Origin: Chrysemys picta bellii
Lineage: Eukaryota
Length of the DNA stretch: 64,000 nt
Reading direction: 5' to 3'
NCBI RefSeq assembly: GCF_011386835.1
Contig: NC_088798.1
Location: forward strand, 95,294,001 to 95,358,000
Program-made: the position numbers and the translations under genes
The notes under the pieces: model-generated
The model's database searches: none
The model's input: only the letters and a program-made list of their open reading frames with translations
Told to the model about the DNA's origin: nothing
Shown here: in pieces, positions 38,777 through 53,849 of the stretch
How positions within the stretch are numbered: the first letter of the stretch is position 1
How the letters are laid out: every line of letters starts with the position of its first letter

Positions 38777-40475
38777 AGTAAGTTCGTTCACTTCAAATTG
38801 CTAGTGCCTGCAGGAGTTTCAAGCCTTTATACAGATACAGTCCTGAGCTCTGGCGCACACAAAAAAATCAATATCCCCAAATATTAAAAGGCAACTACAT
38901 GTCATATATGCATTAATATGGTGATATTGGAGATTACAGTAGCAATTATGTGGTTCCCCTGCCTTAAATTGTCATAACCTTTGTTCTGCATAACACCTGG
39001 CACCAATCTATTTCTAGACACCTGGGTCTAGTGATAGCACTAGGGTAGCCAGGACTCGCACTGCTACAGGAAGACTTTTCAGTTAAGTATACCAACACGG
39101 AACCTTTCTTACACTACTGCCACAGTTTGAGTCATATCCCAGTTTAATGTATGATGCCTAAAAGGGTACTGCCTGTATATCCACACCAGGCTAAAAATAA
39201 ACTCATTTGTTTTCTTCATGTTTAACTCCTGCAGATGAGTGCTCATTCATTCATCTGTTAATTCACGTCTTTAAGATGACAACTCCCTTCTCTACTGCCT
39301 CTCCAATTTGCCTGAATTCCAGATAGTTTTGAAATGCATGTACCACTTGCACATGCACACATCACCCCAATCTCAAAAGGCCTCCTCATCTATCATTACT
39401 AGAAAATGGCTTCTGAGATTAGTTCCTTCACTCCCACATCTAAACTCATTCTGGTCTTAGAACTACATTCTAAGATTGATCTTTTCCTGATGCATCATTT
39501 TACCTCCATCTCACTGATTTCTCAATCTCTTTTTCAGAATATGCTGAATTCACAATTCCACACCCCCTAAAAGTGCTGTTAACCCGTTCTGCACACCAGT
39601 GCTTATTAACACTTCACCTATCTCCTTCAATATGTACCATGCCTATTGTTTCAGTGTGTTGACTTTATATAAAGTTTCCATACAATTAATTTGTTCTTGG
39701 ACCCATCAGAGCACATTGTAGCCTTCTGGTTCAGAACATTATCTCAGCTATATTCCATTTAAACTAGCATTCTGTAAGATTTTAGCCTACTTTTCAGTTC
39801 TCTTGAGGCACTACTCTCCTAACTATCTGAGCACTTATCACAGCACATTTACTTGTTCCTTCAACTGAAGCAGCAATATAGGATTATTGGATTTCAGAAT
39901 ATGTTTTTGGCTATAATGCTAACATTACTGAAGATTTTTATCTCACAGAAAAAAGAAATTTTAATACCTAATAGAAACAAGAAACAAGTGTTAAGGCAAT
40001 TGTGCTTCAAAGTAAGACCCAATCTAATCACCTGCTCAAGTTGAGAACATTCTAAGAAATTTAATTAACTGTTGACACTTCACACCTATAATATTTCCTA
40101 TAGTGCTCACATCACAGGTTTCAAGGTCAACAAGTCAGACCTTCATAACAATAAATTAATTCAGTAATTCCTGCTTTAAGACATGAATTTGTGGTTGAAT
40201 TAGAGCACCTTTTTGAAAAAGACATCCTGTCTCCTAAGTTGTACTATTACTATAGAGTAGTTAGTTCAATTTATTTTTTATTCTCACACTATACCAAAAA
40301 GTAACTGAAGAAAACACGTTTGTTTCAACAAGCGTAGCAATGAAAACTTAAGCAGACAGTCTCCCCAGTTCTCTAACATAGGACAAAGTTGCCTGCATAC
40401 ACTGCCATATTAAGGCAGTCAACCAAGCCTATTGTAGGCCATAAACGTAACGGTGAATGTTTTTACAGGTAATTA

Positions 40476-40655
<180 letters not shown>

Positions 40656-41081
40656 TCAATATAGTAAACAAAATGGCAGTCATTCAACTCCATTTTTGGT
40701 GTTGCTTTCCTAAACAGTACTTGTTAAAGAATGACTATACTGTCAAGATTTAATGCTACTTTTCAAAGTTATAAAGTTTGCATCTGGTTAAATAATGGAC
40801 CAGATACAAAAACCATGGCATGGAAGACTAACTACAAAAACAGTTAGTTCCTCTTATCTCTTGCATTTATTTCTTGGATGTCTATTTCTAAGCATCTTTA
40901 AAAAAGAAAGTCTGGAGCTGTATTATTATAGAAAACTCAGATTCTAGGAACCTTGGAGAGCAACCAAAGTCAGATTAGTGTATAGAACTGGTAATTCTAG
41001 ATGGAAGGGGTCTGTGACAGACATAGGGAAAGAAGTTTTATAATTCCAATCCTATATACATGTTAAAGAGAATAAGATTAC

Positions 41082-41181
41082 CTGAAGTAGTTTCATTTAT
41101 TAGTCGCAAGCAGTTGAGGCCAGCAATCTGTGTAGCATCCATCACAGATCTCCTCTCTGCATCTGTATAGAAACAAGGAAC
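41082..41181 (-). CDS. HSPA4: HSPA4 exon 5
   Basis: 100 nt, cag|GTT...TCA G|gtaatc; [33 protein letters not shown]. Confidence 0.95.
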
Positions 41182-41727
41182 CTGCAAGAAATGCACAGCA
41201 GTGAGATACATATTTAGAAGGGCAATCCTCAACAAATCACCAAAAATATATTGCTCAGAGGGTTGGTACACAAGCCAACCCTCCGCCCCCTTTATTTATT
41301 TTTAAGTATTCCTGCAATTAAGATTTTTTTTTATTTTGAGTGTTGCAAGCAAGGAAAAGTGAGTAGCTACATGGGGAAGAGAATGGTTTGATTCAATTAC
41401 TTACATAATTTTCTCATGCCTTTCCACTTGATCTCACCTTTAGTGCAAACTGAGCAAAACCAGCTACAAACAGTATTATTGTATTGATTAAATCTATAAA
41501 ATATATTTTACAATGTTAGCGCGATAAGCTAAACATCAGTTTTCAGGGAGAGATCTGAGTAAAAAAAAGGAACAAGGTTTACTAAAAACAAGCAGGGGCA
41601 CTGGTTTACATGAACCTGGTTTATAAATCTGGTTTATAAATTGCAATACAACTCCATTACCACCATGATTCTTCAATTTATGCAGATACACTATGTAGCT
41701 AAGTTAATGTAACCAAGTTTACCATCA

Positions 41728-41919
<192 letters not shown>

Positions 41920-42133
41920 TTAAGGAGTTGACCTAAACTTGCAAAAACAAAATTTTTAAGTGGTCCTTAAAACTAAGCCTAGGGCATGCAGCATACTTGT
42001 ATAATTGCCCCCACTTCACTGCCTAAGCCATGTAGGGAAGGCACCACAGGATAAGATGACAGTTTCTCATTTTATTCATATTTACATTTGAGAATTCAAG
42101 AGATTTTAAGAGAGGCAAGTTGAAAAGGACATA

Positions 42134-42314
42134 CACCTCTACCCCGATATAATGCTGTCCTCGGGAGCAAAAAAAAAAAAAAATCTTACCGTGTTATAGG
42201 TGAAACCATGTTATATTGAATTTGCTTTGATCCGCCGAGTGCGCAGCCCCACCCGCCCCGGAGCACTGCTTTACCGCGTTATATCCGAATTCGCGTTACA
42301 TCGGGATAGAGGTG
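42134..42314. mobile_element. Tc1/mariner (Tigger-like) MITE
   Basis: cacctctaccccgatata / acatcgggatagaggtg TIRs; TA TSD. Confidence 0.8.
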
Positions 42315-43108
42315 TATATACAAACTCAAGTTTCCTGGGTTCCGAATGCAAGAATGTATGCAGTTGACTCTTTACTGGGCCTTTAATAACACCCTGTTCC
42401 ATTAGATACCACTAGACTATTTTTAAGTTAAGGAAATTCCTACTATTGTTGAACAGGTTTTGCAACTAAAATAAATATATTTATTGAAAATTGGTCTAAA
42501 ATATTCTGCTTTTCTCCTCTAGCCTTGTAGTATATCTGAGGCATTAGTACTGAATACTATTCTGGTATTTTCTTCATCTCCCAAACTCACTATGGAGTGC
42601 AAAAGACTGTTCACACAGCAAAGAGGTTTTTTAATTTAAAGCAGACCTTGATAAACAATGGCATTCTAATAACTGAATTCAAATCCTGGATTAGCTAAAT
42701 CACAAGTGAAAAGCAATCTGAGTCTTAATCCTTACTTGTGCACATCAGTAACCACTGTTTGTTACAATTGGGAATGTTTAATCAAGATGCTCAAGATTCA
42801 AAAGGGTATTACTATTCAGGCCTCAGTCATATGAAAAAGTTCGCAGAGATCCTTCCCACACTACATACAATGCTAGTCAATTAAGTTCTCTACCATTCTG
42901 AAATCACTTAGTTTATTTAAAGAAATAGCCAAGATAGTCTATTTCCCAACGCAGTTCTAAGCCTCCTTCATAAAATAAGATTTTACTAGCTTGAATTTTA
43001 GCCTACATTACAGATCTCCCTACATTTATTAATCCAGCAACAAAGATTTTTCTAATGGAAAGTGCATTTGTAAAGATAGAGGCCCCAGTGCAAAAGGGTT
43101 CAACGCTA

Positions 43109-43312
<204 letters not shown>

Positions 43313-44126
43313 CTAAAGGGAGAAAAATACATTAGTTTGAGATGGCAGGGGAGCTTCAGAATTTCAGAGAAAATAAGCCAATAGCAAGTTTGTTTATGCT
43401 TTTCTAATTACAAATTTTGATTTGGCAAAGCTGTATTTTCCACCAATATAAGGTGCCTACTAAAATACGCAAAGCCAAAATCTTCCCCTTTCATCTCCCA
43501 AATGATTCTTGCAGGAATTTGTTTAGATTTTTTAAAATTCTATTTTAAAACCTTGAGCAAACGTTCATGAAAATCCATGTAAACACAGTTCACTTTTAAA
43601 AGGTGTTCTGCAAATAGCTGTAAAATTCCATCCTTAGCAATATACCTCTCTTCACTGGATTCCTCTTTCCACTACCTTTCTCCCCACTTTGACCACCTTC
43701 CCCAACTGCCACCAACTAAGCTAGGAAGGACATTGAGCACATTAAATGTCACTTTCAGGTCCATCATCTTGTCTTGCTCTGGCCAGCCAACTCCATGAGA
43801 CATTCCTGCATGATACTACTACCTACTTTGGAACCTTCCTACCTAAAAAACTTCAAGCATTGTCATGAACCCATTTAAAATCCAAATGGGGACTTAAAAG
43901 GAGAGTCAACTTGAAGTAGTGAAAATTGTCTATATACTCTCGTTCTAAGTAACACCTCTGATTAATTTAAACCAAGGATTAGAAGGAAAGTATCTGCTTT
44001 AATTTCTTTATATTGTGTATGACAGCACTTTGTGCATAGCCATTTTTCTGTATACTAAGTTTTCCATTATATTTACATGATTCTTTCACTAGCAACAAGG
44101 GAGAGGAAAACACAAGGGAAAGCTAA

Positions 44127-44425
44127 GGGCTTGTCTACACTTAAAATGTTACAAGCAGCGCAGCTGCACTGCGGCAGCTACACCACTGTAGCACTTGAAT
44201 GTAGTCACTCACTACCTATGCTGACGAGAGGGATTCTCCCATCAGCATAAATAATCCACCTCCCCGAGAGGCAATAGCTAGGTCAACAGAAGAATTCTTC
44301 TGTCGATCTAGTGCTGCCTACACAGGGACTTTGGTTGACTTAACTACACCGCTCAGGGGTATGGATTTTTCACACCCCTGACCAGTGTAGTTAAACAGAT
44401 ATAATTTTCTACTGTAGACCAGGCC
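44127..44425. mobile_element. PIF/Harbinger-type MITE
   Basis: gggcttgtctacact / actgtagaccaggcc; taa/tta flanks. Confidence 0.8.
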
Positions 44426-45630
44426 TTAGCCAAAAATTGGTATGGGAGCTCAAGGGCATGTGTAGGATCAGACACTATCTTTACTTCTTTTAAATATATG
44501 TAACTAGATTTTAAATTGACTGTCCCTTTAAAAAGCAACTTGCTCTTAGAATTTCCAAAATTCCAGTTATTACAGTTCAAACTGCATATCAACTACATCC
44601 CTGCACCAATGTGTATCTCCAGGTCGCAAACAGCTTAGTGCAACATCAGACTAAACACACGTGGGGAGTAATTCTGCATTTGACAAGATATTTACATTTA
44701 ACTCTAGCAAAAAAAAAAAAAACCTGAACATGTGGGGGGGGGGGTCACAATTACAGTATGCTTGCTGTATATGTTCAAGCATCTCAGGGATTCTGGAAAT
44801 TATTTCCTAATATCTAAAGATATTTGTTCTTGAGAAAAGTTGACCGTGTTTGAAGAGTCACTTTCTGCAGGTGACTAACAATAGATCTGGCATGAAACAT
44901 CTTTTACAAAAATAAAAATTGGCGACAATCTGACTGGTAGATAGGAAGGGTCATAAGTCAGCTAAGTCTTGCTTTACTCCCTGATTAATATTTACATAAC
45001 TACTCTACTTGGCTATACAAAAAACTATTAGCAGACAGTATTATTTAGGCACTCAGAAGTTAATGACATTTATAGTTGCATGGGCAACCATACATCTGCC
45101 CCTTTTGCCTCCAGCCTGTGCAATGAATGAGGCAAGGATCCTGTGGAAAGAACAGTACACAATCTTGCAGTTAAAGCCTATCCTAATGCATATGCACAAG
45201 AGGGATGAACTAATGTTTCATGAGAAAATGGTATTTACTTTTTGAGTGCTGATTATGCAATCCAAACAACATTAACAAGTTTTTTAGTATGTAGTTTCTC
45301 AGGCTTCTTAAAAAAAGGGAAAATTCTATTATGTACTACAACAACAAGTAGTACACTCTTACGTAATCCTTAAGTCCCAATCCAGAAGAATGACAGAATA
45401 CATTACAGAGTAACAAACTGAACAGCTTAATAAAGCTCAAATGCTTCTTAAGACATTTATTAAAGATTTAATTTAGAAGCAAAAATCTACTTCAACATGG
45501 ATATTTGTAGTCTCTCCATAAATGAGAAAATACTGTAAAAAACTTTTTCTTTTTTTTTTTCTCCTCTCACTACTGTGTTAGTAGTTTTGCTTTGGCTTAT
45601 AAGCAGTTCTTGAACATACGAAATCCTTAC

Positions 45631-45688
45631 TTGGCTTTTAGCTGCAGCTCCAATTGAACGATTCTTGGGTCCAAAGGCTATACATGAC
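45631..45688 (-). CDS. HSPA4: HSPA4 exon 2
   Basis: 58 nt, tag|G...CAA|gtaagg; SCIAFGPKNRSIGAAAKSQ. Confidence 0.95.
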
Positions 45689-46794
45689 CTATAATGAGAA
45701 GAAACATTTCTGATCTAAGTCAAATTTAGAAATAAAGACTATTGCTAACAAGCAGCCACTGAGTGATTTAAAAAAAATGTATTTAAAGATTAAGCCTAAG
45801 ACTAGATAAAACTGTCAGTTGTACAGAACAAGATTACTGTAATAACAATTTTAAAACTGCTATTTTCCCCAAGCTCTTCCCACTGTTAACCACTAACAGT
45901 CAATATATTAAAATGTAGGACCTCCTCTGCCATTATAGCTCTAGAATAATATTTGAAGAGCATAACACTCATTATGGAGTAGTTTTCTAACAAATAGTAA
46001 ACTTATGAGCGGTGAAACCTATTAATAGTCAAAGGGATTCCCTAATTTTAGTACATTAAAATTGGTAGACATTCACTATGGTAGGATAAAAGCAAACAAC
46101 ACACTTACACGCTTCTCTAAGTTTCATAATAAAAGTAACATTTGTCCACCCTTAATTTTAATTTAAATATTTACATTCTTCACTTTAGAAGCAAATTCAT
46201 AATTTAAAGCAACTTCTGTTTCTGGCCACTTTTGAAGGTTTGTTTGCAAAACAATTTATACAGCTGGGTAGAAATCTGACAGGAAGATGCTTGTTCACTG
46301 AATAAATATTACAGGCTAATTTTGTCATCCATTAATGCAGGTGATCATGGGTATCCAATTTCACTATCATATTTGTGAAAATAAAAGTTATACTCATTTC
46401 TATAGTTCTAAATAGCTGTATAGTTGACTAATTTTTAGTTCCCATTTTTTCAAATTTAAAGTTAACTCTTCGGCTCCAACAACAAGGAAGACTGGATAGA
46501 ATAAGCACAAGGCAAAAAGCATACAAATACCAAATTAATCATTAGGGTTTGAATCATGGAAAGCCAAATCGACATACACAAATTCTTTTGAATAAAGTGT
46601 GTTGCTTTTTGATGCCTACCAGTTCTTTGAGATAAAAAGTCCTCATCTTTTTAGAGATTAAGAGTTACTACTGCTGGTCAAGCCTCCTTACCTGAGTATT
46701 TTAAAACTGTTACGTTAAACTGTAGGAGCCCTTATAAAATCTGAATACACTCAAAAATAAAATCAAGCAGATTTCCCACATGGTTCCTCTAGGC

Positions 46795-46972
46795 CAGTGG
46801 CTCTCAAACTAGGGCTGCCGCTTGTTCAGGCAAAGCCTCTGGTGGGCCAGGCTGGTTTGTTTACCTGCCGCGTCCGCAGGTTCGACCAATTGCAGCTCCC
46901 AGGGCCGCGGTTTGCCGCTCCAGGCCAATGAGAGCTGCAGGAAGCGATGTGGCCCTCGTTTGAGAACCACTG
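46795..46972. mobile_element. hAT MITE
   Basis: cagtggctctcaaac / gtttgagaaccactg TIRs; perfect 8-bp TSD ctctaggc. Confidence 0.9.
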
Positions 46973-47450
46973 CTCTAGGCCAAGTTATCTACAATGTTGC
47001 TTGCTAATAAAGGGATTATTTCAACCAGTTTTTTACTACTAACAAGCACATTTAAATAGGCACAATTATTACATTGATCCCAATGCAGCAGACAAGAGAG
47101 TTGCTCTACAGAACTCTACTGGTTGCCCCATGGGAAACGAAAGAAACAGTGCTTCTGGAATATCCTGCTATGTTGAATTAGCTTAACATATTGAATAAAC
47201 GGACACCACCAGCATGGAAATTTGTCGTGGTATGATTGTGTTGATTGTTTTATAGCCATTGTTGGTGCACTATCTAGTTAACAAATGAAAGCCAGTCATG
47301 CACTTATAAGAATACACTGTAATGAACTTAAGGAGGACATATTTAGAAACATGTCTTGTGCTTAATAACATGATTCAACGGCTTAGCCAATAAAAAGCTA
47401 CCAAGTTCTGTTTTATGGAAACATTAAGGCAATAATAAAAGTAATACTGT

Positions 47451-47729
47451 GGACTTGTCTACACTACAAAGTTAGGTCAGCTTAATGGCATAGCACAGGG
47501 CTGTGAAAAATTTAATGCGCTTTGTGATGCAAGTAAGCCAACTTAAGCCCCAGTGTAGACACTGCTAGGTCAATGGAAGAATTCTTCCGTCAGCCTAGCT
47601 ATGGAGTCTGAAAGGTAGATTTATTACAGCAATGGAAAAATCCCTTTAAATCACTGTAATAAGTGTCTACAGCGGTGCAGCTTCAGTGCTGCAGCTATGC
47701 CACTGTAACGTTTTTAGTGTAGACATAAC
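47451..47729. mobile_element. PIF/Harbinger-type MITE, inverted relative to the 44127 copy
   Basis: ggacttgtctacact / agtgtagacataac; same internal blocks in reverse order. Confidence 0.75.
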
Positions 47730-48938
47730 TATATATCTTGAGGCTTCAGGCTAAACACTTCACAAGAAACCAGATTTATTAATTCAATTTGGCCCTTCAG
47801 AAGAAATTAATATAGAAGCATTAATTGAAGGTTCTACTTCTCTCCTATGCACATAAAACATATTTAGCTAATTAACTGCAAAATGCATGAGTCATTCTGA
47901 ATTCACAGAAAATCACTACTTTTGGTTTAGTTATTAATGTAGTGCTTCTACAGAGTTCCAGATTAACAGTTCTGAGACTAGAATCCTCTCTCTAGCCACA
48001 GAAAAGAGTGCTACATGGGCAGCAGCAGTAAAGGCTTTCCTACACTGCCTCATATTTGTTCTATTAAGATCCCAATAGGGATCAATTTAAAAAAAAAAAA
48101 AATTGTGCTATGTAAGATTATCTTAAGAAGCCCTTATTTATATTTGGCTTTAGCGAACATTTATGTTCTAAACTGCTGCCTCATGTATGTTTTGCAGATT
48201 TCAAAAAAATCGTCAGAAGTGCTAAGGAAGAAGTTTATCAGGGATTTCTGTCTCTGGATGATGGAAGAGGAATGTTGGGAAGCTTTCCAATACTTTAGTT
48301 TTGTATTTGGAACCTATGTGGCCCATACTGGCATTACTGGTCAGATCTTAGTTAGAATTTTCTGTGTATTTTAAGACACTAGGATTGTTTTCTTAAGCAA
48401 CACATGACACTTAAGTTATAATTTCAAACATTATAGGATAAGCACACAAATTGGTGAAAATTTAGTTTAATAAACACGCATACATTGTAAATAGAAGCAG
48501 ATGCAATTACAAAGACAGACATGGGAAGCTTAGTGAAATCTTGTCAAGATAGGATTTCAGAAAGTTAAAACTCTGAACTATCATATTAATGAGTTAGAAC
48601 AAAGTAACATGTGGGTGCTCCTCATATCACTTCAGTCTCCACACTCTGGATTACACTTATCCTTCGTCTCCATGCACTACCTTGGAAGATGCATGCATCC
48701 CGTCTGTCATACAAGACGGCAGTCCAGTCAACACAGAAATTGCAGTGATTTTGCTAAATCAATTTCTTAATCTGTTTTAGTTAAATCAGCACATCTTCCT
48801 TGTGTGGACACTCAAATTGGCTTAAAGGTGCCTTAGCTTAGTTCGGTACTTAATATAAATTGATATCTGCTACTCAAACCATTTAAGAGTGCCCATACAA
48901 GCTGCACTGATTTAACTAAATCAGTTTAGAAAGATTTA

Positions 48939-49230
48939 GGCCTGGTCTACATTTAAAATGTAGGCCAACCTAGCTGTCACTCAGGGGGTGAAAAATCAAC
49001 ACCTCTGAGCAACATAGCTATTGCCAACCTAACCCACAGCATAGACACAGTTAGGTCAATAGAGGAAGGATTCCATCAACCTAGCTACTATCATTCAGGG
49101 AGGTGGTGTTCCTCCACTACTGGAAAAACCCCTTCCGTCAGTGTAGGTTGTGTCTATGCTACAGGATTATGCCAGCACAGCAATGGCACAGAAGCGATGC
49201 TGGTATAGTTCCCAGAGTGTAGACATGGCC
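48939..49230. mobile_element. PIF/Harbinger-type MITE
   Basis: ggcctggtctaca / gtgtagacatggcc; tta left flank. Confidence 0.75.
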
Positions 49231-51439
49231 TTTGATAAATTGGTGCAATTTCTCCATGTAGCTCAGCCCCAAGCTTCTGTTTGATGGCAACTTTAATTTT
49301 CACGATTGAGAGTTCGTTTTCTCCAGGTAATTTGTTGTGTTCATTTTTGTGTCATAATATGAGCACTTCAAGAAATCTCCCTTTTAGATTTCTCCATCTC
49401 CGTTACAACTGAAGTGAGCAATCTCAACACAAAAACATTAGAGCCAGTGATTGTTCAGAGGGTTTGTGCACAATAGGTCTAGTCAACATATAAACAAACA
49501 CCAGAGGGGCAGGAGAAGGCATATGGGGGACTCCATATATTCAAAGTTGAATGAACACTGAGCAAATATGCTTAGGGTCAAGTTCTGCCTTGGGATGACA
49601 ACCTGTAGAGCCCACCAAACTTAATAAGAATCTAGCAAGCATGGATCCAAGGGTAGAATTCAAACACACAACTCATTCTCTTTAAACTACTGTACAAACT
49701 CAACTGTGATTAGTTGTGCAAAGTGATTTTGCTAAGGTTACAATATTTCAATATATATTGGTTACAGCAAGTCACACATCCTGACCCTGTCTTAGGTTTA
49801 AAATCTTGTTATGTAAACCAGAATCAACCACATTATTTTACTCTGCCTCCCCCCCTGAAAGTTTTGGATCTGTGGAACCAGGTAGTATCAAGTACATCAT
49901 AGAGGAAGTTCAAGCCTCACTTTGAGCTAATTTTAGATTACACATTGGGCCCAAAAGTTTCAAGAGTGACTAGTGATTTTGGATGCCTCATTTTTCTGAG
50001 TACACAACTTGTGACACCTTTAAAAAGCTTAATTAACAGAAATTGCTAAGCATCCAATCCACAGAGCCAGGCCCTCTTCTCTCTCTCAAGCAGGGCATTA
50101 AGTAATTTTACCTTTGTACATCTATGTTTCAGCCTTTGGTTAAAGCGTATTTAAATTTTGTTTCTAGGATTTTAAATGTATTTAGTGTTATTAAAATGAC
50201 ATGGGAATTATTTGTAGACATTCCATGATAATTAGCATTTTACTCAGAGATGCTGGAGAACCTTTTTAAGTTTTTAATCCTCTAGTACCCTTAGTACAAA
50301 TCCAGCATGGGTTTATTTTTGAACATCTACTAGCTGTTGTGGCAAAACTGCACTGTATATATTGAAATGGAAAGACTAACACCCACTTTAGTGTTTCAAA
50401 ACTAAAAAGCAGTAATTTCCTGAAACCTGGGAAAGATTTCTGAAATTAACCAACATCTTGTATCTGTTATTCTCTAATTGTATTAGACATTGGTTTTCAA
50501 GACTGTTTAAATACATGTTTAAGAAACAAGTCTTGACAGTAGTACTTTGTATAGAACTAGTAATGGTATAATGAATTAACATATTAGTCATACAGCTCTT
50601 CTCCATTCCTTCCTTAAAGGCAGCCAGAGTTATGGCATTACGTACAAGGAAGCAAGGTGAGGCCATACTGCTGGCCATCCATCACTGTTGCCAAGGCAAG
50701 ATGAGAGAAAACTGAGAAATGGAGTTACTAATGAATAATTTTACCTTGCCTAGGTAGTTTGTTGTAAAACACTATCAGTTCCTACCACATTGTGTTCAAG
50801 TGAATGGACATTTTACTTTGAAATATTGCACTACTATTATACACTGGAACATTATACAAGTCAACACTTAAAAAAAAACACCTTATGAAGAAGACCTGAG
50901 AGTCAGGGACCCTCAAGTTCTAATTTCAGCTATATTACTGACAATAGGTCACTTTACCTCAGTTTACCTTCTCTTGCTATTTTATTTAGTGAGTTATTTA
51001 TGACCAGAAAGGAAGCCATCTTCCTCTACATTGGTACAGCATGAAGCTCACTATTAGCATTGTTGAGAACACAGTTACAGAGATGGCTCACAACAAGCTT
51101 AAAATAGTTCAGTCTTAAAGTATAGAGGACTCTAGCTGTATTTCAACTGCCATTTTTGTTTCTAAAATAAAAGCATGTGTGGCCCTTTACAGTCATGATG
51201 AAAAAGTCCCTGCCCCAATACTCCTGGGGTAATTCTGCACCAATAAATAATTTTTGCATATTTTATTTATCAAAACAACACAAAATCACACCAGTTTCAA
51301 TTATTTTGGTAATTTCAAAATACCTGTTAGCTAGTATGTCTAACAATCCAGACAAAGAGAAATTCCCTCACAAGTAGAGTGTTAAAGAAACCCCTACAAT
51401 AACCCAGTTCCTGTTTCTATGATTTTGTTGGATCCCTCA

Positions 51440-52150
51440 CTCTGGGTATGTCACAGGTGCCAGCTACGTATTTCTTGGAGAAAAACTGTCCCTCCAGTCT
51501 TAGTCAATTCTCATTTTTTTCACTCTTCCCTGTAAGGTTACCATAATTCAAGCTCCTAAACAGAGGACACTGCCAGGTGAGAGGCAGCTGGAGGGGTGTA
51601 CAGTGAGGGAGTTGTGTATTGGGTAAGGCTATTTGGGGGCCCAGATGATGACAAACCACTCCTCCCAGAGCCCAGCTGAAGGGCACCTCCCGGCCCAGAT
51701 GCCTGCACCTCTCTGTCTCCAGAACCCAGCCACAGGCTCCGTTCAGCTTCATTACTGTGCCACCCTAGGATGCAGTGTGACCCCACCCTGACTCATCCTT
51801 TGAGAGAGCCAGCACAGCTAGGTTTCCTGGGCCCACTCCAGGTCCCGGGTGGATGAGGCCCAGCAGCCAGACTGCACAGAGACTCAGGACGTCCATCGGT
51901 ACCAGGCTGGGCACTCCCTCCACTAGTGGGGGCCACAGCCCACCTTCTTTGTTCAGGGCATGCTGGGAACCACAGCCCATCTGCACCTCTTGCGTAGGCA
52001 CACTGAAGTGGGGAGCCAGACTGCTGGATCCAGTGGCCTCTAGCAGCGGCCAGCCACTCTGCAGTGCCAATTCTGCCTGGAAAAGTGAAATTCTGCACAG
52101 AAAATTAATTCTGCACGAATTCTGCATTGTGCAGTTGCACAGAATTCCCC
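51440..52150. repeat. Unclassified GC-richer interspersed repeat(s)
   Basis: Abrupt compositional shift; repeated aattctgc motifs at 52070-52150; family not determined. Confidence 0.35.
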
Positions 52151-52539
52151 AGGGAAGTACTCTTAAGAGCAGACAGACAAAATATTCATAACATACAAAG
52201 GTGGAGCACGGAGGACAGGTTGATGCATATAAGCAGAGTGACAAAGGAGCATTTTTTGCACAATCTCAGTTCCATTTTTTTTAATTTACAGGGCATAAAT
52301 GTGACCCAAATAAGCTTGCACACGCTTCCTGCTTGAAAACGTTTGATTTTTTTTTTTTAAGTTACATTTCCCTCTTCCCCACCTTCTCACTTCAGTGGAA
52401 GTGGCCAGGCCTGGCGGCCTCTAGTCCCTTTCCCGGAAACACATGTCCCAAGCCCTGCTCGCAGAGCTGCACTGTGGTCCGCCCGCACAGCTCTCATGCA
52501 CGCTACAAGATGGGAACAGTGTTTAACCCGTGTTGGTAC

Positions 52540-53420
<881 letters not shown>

Positions 53421-53849
53421 GCTGACTCATCTCCTTCTACACGGCTCCTCCCCCTTTCTTCACTTCCTCAGGCACTGTGCCTTGCCCTCAGCGGGCTGAC
53501 AGCCTCCCCACCTGCAACGTCACCTTCCTGCTCTGCCCTGCCCCCGGGGGCCTGGTTCCTTCACAGAGCCCTGGCCTCACTCTGGGGGCTAGAGTTGGGC
53601 AATATCCAATTGTCCCACCCTGGGCTGGGTTCATGCACGAATGCTCCAGCCAGGGCCCAACATTGCCCCACACACCACTGCCTTGAAATACAGTACCTCA
53701 GAGAGACAGTGACGCACACCGCCTCAGAGTCTGTTCTTACACCGGTGCAAAACCACAGTCACTCCCATTGCCTATACAGATTTGAATGTAGTTAATCTGG
53801 ATTAGCCGGAATCCAGAGGATGAGTTGGATCAAAGGCAACATTATAGAC

